This document shows, piece after piece, positions 43,957-53,888 of a stretch of DNA of 64,000 nt (its first letter is position 1; every line of letters begins with the position of its first letter). The position numbers were made by a program, and so were the translations under genes. The stretch covers positions 30,876-94,875 of the forward strand of contig CAYPVK010000005.1 in the NCBI GenBank assembly GCA_964414185.1, read 5' to 3'. The DNA comes from an uncultured Lactobacillales bacterium. Its GTDB lineage: Bacteria; Pseudomonadota; Alphaproteobacteria; CAAHEQ01; UBA3637. The notes beneath the pieces are model-generated. The model searched no databases, was not told the DNA's origin, and saw nothing but the letters and a program-made list of their open reading frames with translations.

Positions 43957-44748
43957 TTACCTTGTAAATGAACTCCAAGATTTGGGAGAAGGTAATAATT
44001 GCCATTCATCGTCGTCGGGAAAATGCGTTTTGATAAATGTTCGCGGGCGTGAAAAGAAAAACATATCGTTCAGCCGTTTGCTTTGCGTTACCGTAGACAA
44101 AGACGGTGTTTTTTTCATGCGTTTTTCCAAAAAGCGTTTGAATTGGCTTTCGCTCATTTCATTACCGGTACGCAATTCGCCGTCTATCATCCAATAAGTG
44201 TCAACCAATTTCCATTCATCGTCGATTTTGACGGCATTCCAAGCGGCGGCATACCGTTGCAAACGATTGGCAGCGCTGTTGCGGTTGACGGTATTCAAAG
44301 CGGGTTCCAAAGCTTGCATTACCGGTTTTTCATAACGGTTCGATGGTACGCGCCAACCGGCGTATCCCGTAATTGTGGTAACGTTTAATCCGGCCATGGA
44401 CGATAATTCGGCATATAAAGTTGCAAATTCTTGCGGCGTGCCGATACGCGTTTTGAAAATATCGTTCGGCAACGGCGGATCGGCCGGTTTCCCCACATTT
44501 GATGCTTTAATTAACTTTTGATATTCAAAGCCGTTGCGTTGAATTTGAAAAACCATCCAAGAGGCTAAAATACGCGCTTTTGCTTCATCGGAATCCAAAC
44601 CGCCCGTTAATTGTTCGACTAATTGTTCTTTTGTTTGAGCTTGCCTGATGGGCAATGTGCGCGCTTTTCTGTCCAACGTATTCATACCCATGGCCAAAGC
44701 GGCCGAAGAAAACAACAAAATTAAACAATAGATTGCAAATTTTTTCAT
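43957..44748 (-). CDS. Secreted transglutaminase-like domain protein whose catalytic positions are apparently not conserved
   Basis: Signal peptide MKKFAIYCLILLFSSAALA. GTPQEFATLYAELSSMAGLNVTTITGY aligns with the transglutaminase-core G-x-C-x-x-F-A block but has Pro at the Cys position. AAWNAVKIDDEWKLVDTYW aligns with the H-x-W block but has Ala at the His position. Confidence 0.35.
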   Translation of the reverse strand: MKKFAIYCLILLFSSAALAMGMNTLDRKARTLPIRQAQTKEQLVEQLTGGLDSDEAKARILASWMVFQIQRNGFEYQKLIKASNVGKPADPPLPNDIFKTRIGTPQEFATLYAELSSMAGLNVTTITGYAGWRVPSNRYEKPVMQALEPALNTVNRNSAANRLQRYAAAWNAVKIDDEWKLVDTYWMIDGELRTGNEMSESQFKRFLEKRMKKTPSLSTVTQSKRLNDMFFFSRPRTFIKTHFPDDDEWQLLPSPKSWSSFTR

Positions 44749-44839
44749 TTTTTACCTGTCTTTACTTTTGTGTGCCGCAGCAGTGTGTAAAAAAACTTTT
44801 TGCGACGATGTTTGCTTTTCTTTTAAGGGGGAAATTTAT

Positions 44840-45835
44840 TTATTTCCTTCCCCTTTGCCTTTGAGCCCATGTAAACAATGCGAACGGGTCGGAATTTGAA
44901 GAATTGCTTTTTATTTTTACTGCGTTTCCCGGGTTGCCCACCGCTGTGGCGTTTTCCCCTTTTGCAGATTGATTTTCGGTATTGTTCCGCACTTTTTTTA
45001 AATCGATACTTCCTTCGGAATGTTTATCTTCAAAATTTAAATCGTAACGTTCTTTGTTCAAAATATATCCCAAATATAAATCGGTCGGCAATATTTTTTT
45101 TAAAATACCGTGAATGCGCCCGTAAACGCTTTTGGGATTTTTTGATGCCGTTTCTTTGAGCACTTTTGAAACTTGGACATCATCCAATGACAAATCCGCG
45201 ATTAAAACATTTGCATCCGTGTATTGATTTTCATAAGGTTTTAAATATTTTTCGGCCAAATAAAATTGTCCCATTTTGATAAATTCGCCGAACCATGAAC
45301 CGCTTTGTTTGAAATCCGACGGCAACAAAGCCGTTATGCGGCGGATAATATCGGCATTCTGTTGCGCTTTTGAAAAATCTTGCTCGTTCAACAGGTCTTC
45401 ATAGACGCCTTTGCGTTCATAAGGCATTAATTCGGTTATCTTTTTTATAACTTCGTTATCATCCGTTTTTAAGGCAGCACGCAAAAAATCACGATTTTTT
45501 AAATTGTCGGGGTCTTGCCGTGTTGCACCGTAAGCGCGTTCAAGGTATTTTAAAATTCCGTCGGTTTGGTTCAAATAATCGCCGCCGATTGCCGTGGAAA
45601 AAAGAGTTCTTCCTTTAAATTGTTTTTTTAAATCAACATGTTCATAATCAATGGGAACGGAATCAACATCTAAATTGTCATTGATAATGCCGCTTAAAAA
45701 AGTATTCACCCCGCCCATCAACAGCTTAATGTAATAAACACTTACTTCGTCCGGTTTGGCGTTTGCCAAATCGAAATTATATGTAATATAATCGTAATCG
45801 TGTTCTTTTTGAGGGGCGTCGGTTGTCTGATTCAT
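44840..45835 (-). CDS. Hypothetical cytoplasmic protein
   Basis: 332-347 aa depending on start (45835 or 45883). No signal peptide and no recognisable motif. AT-rich context. Confidence 0.4.
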   Translation of the reverse strand: MNQTTDAPQKEHDYDYITYNFDLANAKPDEVSVYYIKLLMGGVNTFLSGIINDNLDVDSVPIDYEHVDLKKQFKGRTLFSTAIGGDYLNQTDGILKYLERAYGATRQDPDNLKNRDFLRAALKTDDNEVIKKITELMPYERKGVYEDLLNEQDFSKAQQNADIIRRITALLPSDFKQSGSWFGEFIKMGQFYLAEKYLKPYENQYTDANVLIADLSLDDVQVSKVLKETASKNPKSVYGRIHGILKKILPTDLYLGYILNKERYDLNFEDKHSEGSIDLKKVRNNTENQSAKGENATAVGNPGNAVKIKSNSSNSDPFALFTWAQRQRGRK

Positions 45836-45996
45836 AATCAACTCTTTCAATTTTAATAATAAAATCAAAGCTTTTAACGGCAATTCGTAATACGATTATT
45901 TTAACATTTTTTTATTTTTTGTCAAGGTGCGAAATAACTTGAAAAGACGGGGCAAGTGTGCTAAAAAAACAATATAATCTAAAAAAAGGAGTTTTT

Positions 45997-46755
45997 ATGC
46001 GCAAAAAATTGATTGCCGGAAATTGGAAAATGAATTGTTTAAAGGCCGACGGGATTGCTTTGGTACAAGGAATCGCCGACGAAATTGCCAAAGCGGGTAC
46101 TTTGCCGTTTGATGTTTTGGTTTGTCCGCCGATGTCGGTTTTGGGCATAGTATGTGATGTGCCGCATGCCGGTTTGTTTATCGGGGCTCAAGATGTCGCG
46201 CAAACGCCGAAATCGTTTGGTGCGTTTACGGGCGATGTGTCGGCACAAATGGTTGCCGATTTGGGGGCTGATTTTACATTGGTCGGCCATTCGGAACGCC
46301 GCACAATGCACGGTGAAACGAATGAAATCGTCAAACAAAAGGCTCAAAACGCCATGGCACAGGATTTGACCGTCGTTATTTGCATCGGCGAAACCGAATC
46401 CGAACGTGAAGCGGGCAAGGCTTTGTCGGTTGTTGCCGAACAAATTCGCGGTTCCGTGCCGACGGGGGCTACGGCCGAAAATTGTGTGATTGCTTATGAA
46501 CCCGTTTGGGCTATCGGAACGGGGAAAGTGCCGACAACTGCCGATGTTGCTGAAGTACATAAAGCCATTCGCGAAGAATTGGCTAAGTTGCTCGGTGCCG
46601 ATGTTGCCGACGGTATGCGCATTTTATACGGCGGTTCGGTTAAACCGTCCAATGCTAAAGAGTTGTTGGCGGTTGAAAACGTTGACGGTGCTTTAATCGG
46701 CGGTGCCAGCTTGAATGTCGGCGATTTTTGGGGCATCGCTTCCAGCCAATTATAG
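45997..46755 (+). CDS. tpiA: Triosephosphate isomerase
   Basis: Starts MRKKLIAGNWKMN (the track ORF begins upstream at 45958). Carries the GHSERR catalytic motif and AYEPVWAIGTGK. Confidence 0.9.
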   Translation: MRKKLIAGNWKMNCLKADGIALVQGIADEIAKAGTLPFDVLVCPPMSVLGIVCDVPHAGLFIGAQDVAQTPKSFGAFTGDVSAQMVADLGADFTLVGHSERRTMHGETNEIVKQKAQNAMAQDLTVVICIGETESEREAGKALSVVAEQIRGSVPTGATAENCVIAYEPVWAIGTGKVPTTADVAEVHKAIREELAKLLGADVADGMRILYGGSVKPSNAKELLAVENVDGALIGGASLNVGDFWGIASSQL

Positions 46756-46823
46756 ACCGCATATTTTTGGGCGATACTTGGGAGAGGACGCTGCTTAAAA
46801 TACAGCGTTAAAATAGGGAACAG

Positions 46824-47489
46824 ATGAAAAAAACGCTAGCTTTGCTTCTTTTGTGCATTTTGTATTCGGCGCCCGCGGCGGCGGTGCCTGTTTTTGACGC
46901 ACAAAAAGTGAAACAAGAAACGCCGGCTGTCGTTGCGGATAAAAATCCTCATGGGCGCATTGATACGCAGAAGGTAAAGCAATGTATGTTTGATTTGCCC
47001 GAAAAAATTGAGTTGAAAGGGTTAAAAGAACCGCTGGTAAAAATTAAAAACCGTTTGGTCGATCACGAAGCGGCCCAAAAGGGGATGGGGTATTCTCAAA
47101 ATTACCAAAATGCCGTTTGTTGGTCTACCGTTTACGTGTATGATTTGGATCAAAAACAAATTACCAAAGCGGTCATTGAAGCGGATTTTTTGCGCAATCT
47201 GCAAGAAATCGGTTATGTATTTGATAAAATACAAAAAAAACAGTTAGAACAATTTCATTCTTATGAAATCCCGATGTTAGATACCAAATATTTGGCAAAT
47301 GTTGCGTTTTCCGATGCAACAAGCGAAGCCTTGATGGAGGGGGAATTTAATAACTATATATTGAAAGGGCGCGCAACCTGCCGTCGGCTGGAAGGTGTTG
47401 AAGCAGATGTTAATGCCAACATCGCCCTAAAACATTTGGCTGAATTGTTAAAGGCAAGTGCTGCGAAGTTGAGGCCTTGTTTAAAATAA
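46824..47489 (+). CDS. Secreted hypothetical protein inserted between tpiA and secG
   Basis: Signal peptide MKKTLALLLLCILYSAPAAA. 221 aa, no recognisable domain. Confidence 0.45.
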   Translation: MKKTLALLLLCILYSAPAAAVPVFDAQKVKQETPAVVADKNPHGRIDTQKVKQCMFDLPEKIELKGLKEPLVKIKNRLVDHEAAQKGMGYSQNYQNAVCWSTVYVYDLDQKQITKAVIEADFLRNLQEIGYVFDKIQKKQLEQFHSYEIPMLDTKYLANVAFSDATSEALMEGEFNNYILKGRATCRRLEGVEADVNANIALKHLAELLKASAAKLRPCLK

Positions 47490-47539
47490 AAAATTGAGTG
47501 AAAACCATTTAAGAACTGTAAATTAAAGGAGAACCACAT

Positions 47540-48067
47540 ATGGCATCAGTATTATTGGCAATTGATATTATTTTGGCAATCGGATTAACAATCCTTGTCT
47601 TGTTGCAACGATCGGAAGGCGGCGCTTTGGGCGCTTTGGGGGGCGGCGGAGGCAATTCGATGTTCACGGGGCGTCAGACGGGCAATATGCTTACGCGGTT
47701 GACGTGGTGGTTTTTTGCTTTGTTTGTCATCGTTAATTTGGCTTTGGTCGTGATTGCGAAAAAAGCGACGGTGGAAGAACCCGTGTCAATTTTGCCGACG
47801 GAACAAAGTGTCCCCGCCATGCCGCAACCTGCATCGGAACCGACGGCAGCTAAAGGTTTGCCGGCCGCAGCTCCCGTTCGTTTGGCAATGGCAAAACCCG
47901 TTGCCGAATATCAAGCGCCGACGGCTACATCCGAAGCGCAAATCGACATAAACGAAAAAAAACCGTCAATGGATATTCAAATTGAAGCGCCCGCTTTGCC
48001 GGAAGTGCCGACGGTTCAAGGCGGTGACCCGACAATTGATAATGGCGCGTTTCCTGCCGACGAATAA
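47540..48067 (+). CDS. secG: Preprotein translocase subunit SecG with extended Pro/Ala-rich C-terminus
   Basis: The N-terminal 75 aa are typical SecG (LLQRSEGGALGALGGGGGNSMFTGRQ, two TM helices). The remaining ~100 aa are low-complexity. Confidence 0.8.
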   Translation: MASVLLAIDIILAIGLTILVLLQRSEGGALGALGGGGGNSMFTGRQTGNMLTRLTWWFFALFVIVNLALVVIAKKATVEEPVSILPTEQSVPAMPQPASEPTAAKGLPAAAPVRLAMAKPVAEYQAPTATSEAQIDINEKKPSMDIQIEAPALPEVPTVQGGDPTIDNGAFPADE

Positions 48068-48135
48068 AAATATAAGGATTTCGGACATTAGGTTATAAAG
48101 TCCGAAATCTATCCCCTGATTCTTTTGAGGATAAT

Positions 48136-48960
48136 ATGCAAAAACAAATTAAATTAAATAATATCGTTTTTTCAAATGAAGCACCGTTTGTTTTAATCGC
48201 AGGCCCTTGCCAAATGGAAAGTGCCGCGCATGGCATGGAAATGGCTTCGGCCTTACAGGAAATGACAAACAAGCTTGGATTGGGATTTGTTTTTAAAGCC
48301 AGTTTTGACAAGGCCAATCGCACCAGCGTAAATGGCAAACGCGGTATGGGGTTGGAAGCCGGATTGCAAGCTTTTGCCGATATTAAGGCCAAATTGGGAT
48401 GCGCCGTTATTACGGATATTCACGAACCATGGCAATGTGCGCCGGCGGCGGAAGTCATGGATATTTTGCAAATTCCCGCTTTTTTATGCCGCCAAACGGA
48501 TTTATTGTTGGCTGCCGGCAAAACGGGCAAAATCATTAATGTAAAAAAAGGGCAATTTTTGGCACCTTGGGACATGAAAAACGTCGCCGCTAAAATTGCC
48601 AGTACGGGTAATGAAAATATTTTATTGACAGAACGCGGGGTATCATTCGGTTACAATACATTGGTTGTGGATATGCGTTCGTTGCCGATTATGAAACAAA
48701 CAGGCTATCCGGTTATTTTTGACGCAACGCATTCGGTGCAACAACCGGGCGGGCAGGGGACTTCCAGTGGCGGACAGCGTGAATTTGCGCCCATTTTGGC
48801 AAACGCGGCCATCACGACGGGAATTGCGGGAATATTTATCGAAACGCATGAAACACCCGATACGGCCCCGTCGGACGGTCCGAATATGATACCTTTGAAA
48901 GAGTTGGAAGGCGTTTTAAGAAAACTTATGCAATATGATGCGATTGCAAAGGGGAAATAG
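48136..48960 (+). CDS. kdsA: 3-deoxy-8-phosphooctulonate (KDO-8-P) synthase
   Basis: 274 aa. The N-terminus [12 protein letters not shown] and [10 protein letters not shown] are characteristic of the KdsA/DAHP-synthase family. Confidence 0.9.
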   Translation: MQKQIKLNNIVFSNEAPFVLIAGPCQMESAAHGMEMASALQEMTNKLGLGFVFKASFDKANRTSVNGKRGMGLEAGLQAFADIKAKLGCAVITDIHEPWQCAPAAEVMDILQIPAFLCRQTDLLLAAGKTGKIINVKKGQFLAPWDMKNVAAKIASTGNENILLTERGVSFGYNTLVVDMRSLPIMKQTGYPVIFDATHSVQQPGGQGTSSGGQREFAPILANAAITTGIAGIFIETHETPDTAPSDGPNMIPLKELEGVLRKLMQYDAIAKGK

Positions 48961-49105
48961 AATTTTTTGATAATTAGTTAAAAAAAAGGGAAAAAGAAAA
49001 TGGCTGAACATGAACGCAAATAAACTTAATGAGGTGCGTTGTCAGCAGCGAAGTTAGGGAATATGGTTTATGTTCGGATAAGGTTAAATCTCAAACAGCA
49101 TATGA

Positions 49106-50401
<1,296 letters not shown>

Positions 50402-50755
50402 TTTAAAGCACTCATTAACGTCGAAGATGCGTATCACTCATGTAGTAAGTCTACATGAGGACCCGCATCTTCTAGTTTCTAATCACTTTAAATTACTTTT
50501 TTATCCTTAAATAATTCCTGCTCAAACCCCGCTCTTATGTACTTAATTATGTACACTATGAGCGGGGTTTGTTTGATAAAATTATTTTTTTTTTAAATTG
50601 GATGGATTAAAGTTGTTTAATAGGGGAACGGTGCCTTTAGACAAGTTTTTTTCCGATAAATTTTGTCGAATTATTAAAATGGTTTTTATCATACTTTTTA
50701 CGTGCAAATAGTGCATTAGTTTATTATACTTATTTAAACAACAAAAGGATAATAT

Positions 50756-50830
50756 ATGTCTACTGTCGGAATTATCGCACTGACAATTGTCAATGCCGTT
50801 TTGGCGGTTATTATTGCGGTTCATGGATAA
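50756..50830 (+). CDS. Candidate 24-aa hydrophobic single-TM peptide
   Basis: AAAAGGATAATAT precedes ATG, then MSTVGIIALTIVNAVLAVIIAVHG and TAA. It sits in an AT-rich intergenic stretch. Not in the ORF track because it is under 60 aa. Confidence 0.3.
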   Translation: MSTVGIIALTIVNAVLAVIIAVHG

Positions 50831-50923
50831 TGCTTGTTGAAAAAACAACTTGAATAACCTATATATCAGCTTGCAGTTGATAGAATGGCTGTTTAAAGAA
50901 AATCAACAAAAATCGGAGGGCAT

Positions 50924-51487
50924 ATGGCAAAAATCAATCAGGTTATCAGTGATGGCGGCATCGTTGTTTTCCCCACTGAAACGGTATACGGGTTGGGATG
51001 TGATGCGACAAATGAAAACGTCGTCGCGCGTATTTATAAACTTAAAAAGCGTGATAATAAACCTTTAAGCATTATTGTGCCCGATTTGGCAACAGCCAAA
51101 AAATATGCTTTATTTTCTCCGCGCGAAGAAGCTTTGGCACGCCAATATTGGCCCGGCCCGTTGACTTTGATTTTAAAAAAACGCACCGGCACGGATTTGG
51201 CCGACGGCATAACATTAGGCAGTGCCAATATCGGAATTCGTATTCCGGCATATCCGCCGTTATTGGATGTTATGGTTGAAACGGGCAAAGTGTTGGTCGC
51301 TACCGGTGTCAACAATTCGGGCGAAAAAGAATATTTGACGGCTGAAGAGATTCGCCAAGCTTTTCCAAAGGGTATAGATTATATTTGGGAAGATGACGCA
51401 GCCATTAACGGAGAGGCTTCCACGGTCGTATTTGTAAAGGATGAACAACCGGCGATTATCCGCCAAGGTGCTCTAAAGATTAAATAA
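50924..51487 (+). CDS. tsaC: L-threonylcarbamoyladenylate synthase (YrdC/TsaC type)
   Basis: 187 aa with VVFPTETVYGLGCDATNENVVARIYKLKKRDNKPLSIIV, the YrdC/Sua5 signature. Confidence 0.8.
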   Translation: MAKINQVISDGGIVVFPTETVYGLGCDATNENVVARIYKLKKRDNKPLSIIVPDLATAKKYALFSPREEALARQYWPGPLTLILKKRTGTDLADGITLGSANIGIRIPAYPPLLDVMVETGKVLVATGVNNSGEKEYLTAEEIRQAFPKGIDYIWEDDAAINGEASTVVFVKDEQPAIIRQGALKIK

Positions 51488-51541
51488 GGTATTGCCGTAC
51501 TGGCAGAAAGTTTGGCGCAAATGCTTTTATAGGGGAAAATA

Positions 51542-52558
51542 TTATCTCGAATTTTCGCGTAAAACGGGTCGCCCCTTAAAAAAATAAGGCCTGTAGCGCA
51601 TTTCGGGCGTTGTATATCCGTCGTTCGGGCGATTTGCCAAACGTTCCGTGATAAGGGGTTTAAATTTTTTGTCAAAAAGATTTGAAGCTGTTTTGAGAGC
51701 ATGAGCAGAGACTTGAACAGGATTTTCGTATGCTTTGTAAACTTCATCTTGTCCGGAAAAAATTTTAAACAGCTGAGCCAATTGCATATCGCGTACCAAA
51801 TTGATATCAATGAATATCGGAATCTTTTTTTCCAGCGAATTATAATGTTCGACAATTTTTTCGGTTAATACCCACGGCAAAACGTCTGGTTTATTTACAG
51901 TGGGTGCAAAATCGGCATAAATATCTTGGCAGCAAATCATTTGCCCGAAATCAATAACGGATACTTTTTGGGTGTTTTTATCGTATAAAATGTTTTCGGA
52001 ACGTAAATCATCGTGTGCGATTGATTGCGTTTGACCGATAAAGTCCAATTTATAAACATCCATAACCTTTTGATAAACCGATGCCATTTCAGAACCGGTT
52101 ATTTTTTCAATATTTTTATCGAAACGCCAATCCGAAAAATTGCTTCTTGGTTTTACATTTTCTTCAATCGACAAACGGCTTTGATGCATTTCATTGAGAA
52201 AGACTGCGATATTTTGGGCAATTTTGTTTTGTTCCGCCGGGGTAAGCGAAGCATACAATTTTGATGTTAATTGTTCGCCCGATGCGTATTCTTCAATGAC
52301 ATAATTTGAACTTTTTTTTAAGATTTTGGGAATAAAAACGGGCACATTCAAATTTTCGATGCTTTTTAACCCTTCGCAAGCAAAATCCATTTCATCTTGC
52401 CAACGTTCTTTGCTTATTCCTTGTCGCGGGCGTTTGATTACGATGGGCATACCGTCTTTTTCGGTTAAATAAGCGGTGGAAAAATATCCTTTTCCCAAAA
52501 ATTTTTCTTCTTTTTCGGAATGTTGTTTTCTTTTTAAAATTTGAATCAATTTGGACAT
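51542..52558 (-). CDS. Kinase-fold phosphotransferase (APH/ePK-like), paralogue 1
   Basis: Gly-rich loop FLGKGYFSTAY, beta3 Lys in PIVIKRP, hinge EEYASG, catalytic loop HDDLRSENILYD and VIDFG. Start at MSKLIQIL (52558) or 52603. Confidence 0.6.
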   Translation of the reverse strand: MSKLIQILKRKQHSEKEEKFLGKGYFSTAYLTEKDGMPIVIKRPRQGISKERWQDEMDFACEGLKSIENLNVPVFIPKILKKSSNYVIEEYASGEQLTSKLYASLTPAEQNKIAQNIAVFLNEMHQSRLSIEENVKPRSNFSDWRFDKNIEKITGSEMASVYQKVMDVYKLDFIGQTQSIAHDDLRSENILYDKNTQKVSVIDFGQMICCQDIYADFAPTVNKPDVLPWVLTEKIVEHYNSLEKKIPIFIDINLVRDMQLAQLFKIFSGQDEVYKAYENPVQVSAHALKTASNLFDKKFKPLITERLANRPNDGYTTPEMRYRPYFFKGRPVLRENSR

Positions 52559-52662
52559 GTTTTTTATCCGTTTGCGTTTATAAATTTTATTATAACATAA
52601 CAAACGGATTTTGTCATAAAATTTTAAATTTGTTTCGAAAACTTTTTTGTTATGGAAAATGT

Positions 52663-53721
52663 TTATTCGCGTATACGCACATAAGATTTATACCGTTGAA
52701 TAATGTTTTGTTGCAGATTGTGCGTTTTGCAAATGCCGATACGGTTACCCAAGCGTTCGTTAATTAACGGTTTAAATTCATTTTCATAAAATTCGGATGC
52801 TTGTTGCACCGTTTGTTCGGGAATATCGCCGATTTGCACGTTGCCTTGATAGGTATTGAAAGAAGTTCCCGATGCCGTATGAAAAATTCGAGGCAATTCC
52901 AAATTTGATTTAAAAATTTTACATTCAAATAATTTTAAGATTTGTTGGATTTGTAAATCTCGAACCAATTCCATGTCAATATGGACAGGCATTTTTTTAT
53001 CAAGGCTGTTATAAATTTTAATGATTTTTTGTGTTAATTCCCAAGGTAACAAGCCCGCTTTGCTGATGGTCGGAGCAAAATCGTAATATAAGTCCTTATC
53101 ATTGCCCGCTTCGCCGAAATCAATAATTTTCACCCTTTTTGTGCTCATGTCATAAAGTACGTTGCCGGGCCGTAAATCTTGGTGCGTGTAAGCAATATGC
53201 TTGCCCAAATGTTTCGTATCGTAAATATGGTGCATATTTGATTGAAACAAATCCCAATCTTTATTGCCGATTGCATATCGGATAATTGCGCTGCTGGCGT
53301 ATCCCAACGGTTCGGGGGTAACCGGCACTTTATTTTCGATTGTTTCCAAATGAAATTGGTGTAATGTATTCAAAAAAACGGCAATATCATAGGCAATTTG
53401 ATTTTGTTCTTGTTTCGGCAAAGAAGCATATAAAAGGTTAGTCAACGGTTGACCGGGTAAATAATTTTCAATTAACGTATTGTCTTGAAAAGATTCTATT
53501 TCGGCAGTTTGAACCGGCGTATTGAATTCGCGGAGTACTTTTTGCATATCATAAGCTTTTTGAGCCGATTCGCGCCACGGAATAATCATTTGTTCGTTTT
53601 TGGGTTTTTTGACGGCATATGCTTTATCGCCCGTCTCATAAACATTGACTACGCTGAAATTTCCAAGGAATTGATGGGTTCGTTTGTATCCTTTTAAAAT
53701 TAAAAAATTTTCGGAAATCAT
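52663..53721 (-). CDS. Kinase-fold phosphotransferase (APH/ePK-like), paralogue 2
   Basis: 352 aa with AYAVKKP, catalytic loop HQDLRPGNVLYD and IIDFGEAG. The C-terminal FKPLINERLGNR is shared with paralogue 1 (FKPLITERLANR). AAGAGG RBS 4 nt upstream of the ATG. Confidence 0.6.
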   Translation of the reverse strand: MISENFLILKGYKRTHQFLGNFSVVNVYETGDKAYAVKKPKNEQMIIPWRESAQKAYDMQKVLREFNTPVQTAEIESFQDNTLIENYLPGQPLTNLLYASLPKQEQNQIAYDIAVFLNTLHQFHLETIENKVPVTPEPLGYASSAIIRYAIGNKDWDLFQSNMHHIYDTKHLGKHIAYTHQDLRPGNVLYDMSTKRVKIIDFGEAGNDKDLYYDFAPTISKAGLLPWELTQKIIKIYNSLDKKMPVHIDMELVRDLQIQQILKLFECKIFKSNLELPRIFHTASGTSFNTYQGNVQIGDIPEQTVQQASEFYENEFKPLINERLGNRIGICKTHNLQQNIIQRYKSYVRIRE

Positions 53722-53747
53722 GATGCCTCTTTTATTGACAAGAAAAT

Positions 53748-53776
53748 ATTATATACGAAGGACGATATTTTGTCAA
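53748..53776 (-). promoter_or_regulatory. Consensus sigma-70 promoter driving the kinase pair
   Basis: The minus strand reads TTGACA (53776-53771), a 17-nt spacer, then TATAAT (53753-53748), about 27 nt upstream of the paralogue-2 start codon. Confidence 0.6.
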
Positions 53777-53837
53777 AAAACTTTTAAAACGATAAGGGAA
53801 GCTTGCATTCTTGATGATTATTACGGACGGATATTTT

Positions 53838-53868
53838 TATAAACAAAAACGCCCCGTAAAGGGGCGTT
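53838..53868 (-). terminator. Intrinsic terminator at the end of the pil-like operon
   Basis: AACGCCCC-TTTAC-GGGGCGTT hairpin followed by TTTTTGTTTAT on the minus strand, 20 nt after the pilR-like stop. Confidence 0.7.
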
Positions 53869-53888
53869 CCCGTATTTTGCCGCAGTTG

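Noticed and set aside
50924-53721. Considered that the two kinases might be Bud32-like partners of the adjacent tsaC (t6A pathway)
   Set aside because: The kinases are convergent to tsaC rather than co-transcribed. They are ~100 aa longer than Bud32/RIO-type kinases, and bacteria use TsaB/D/E rather than a kinase. The adjacency is most likely coincidental.
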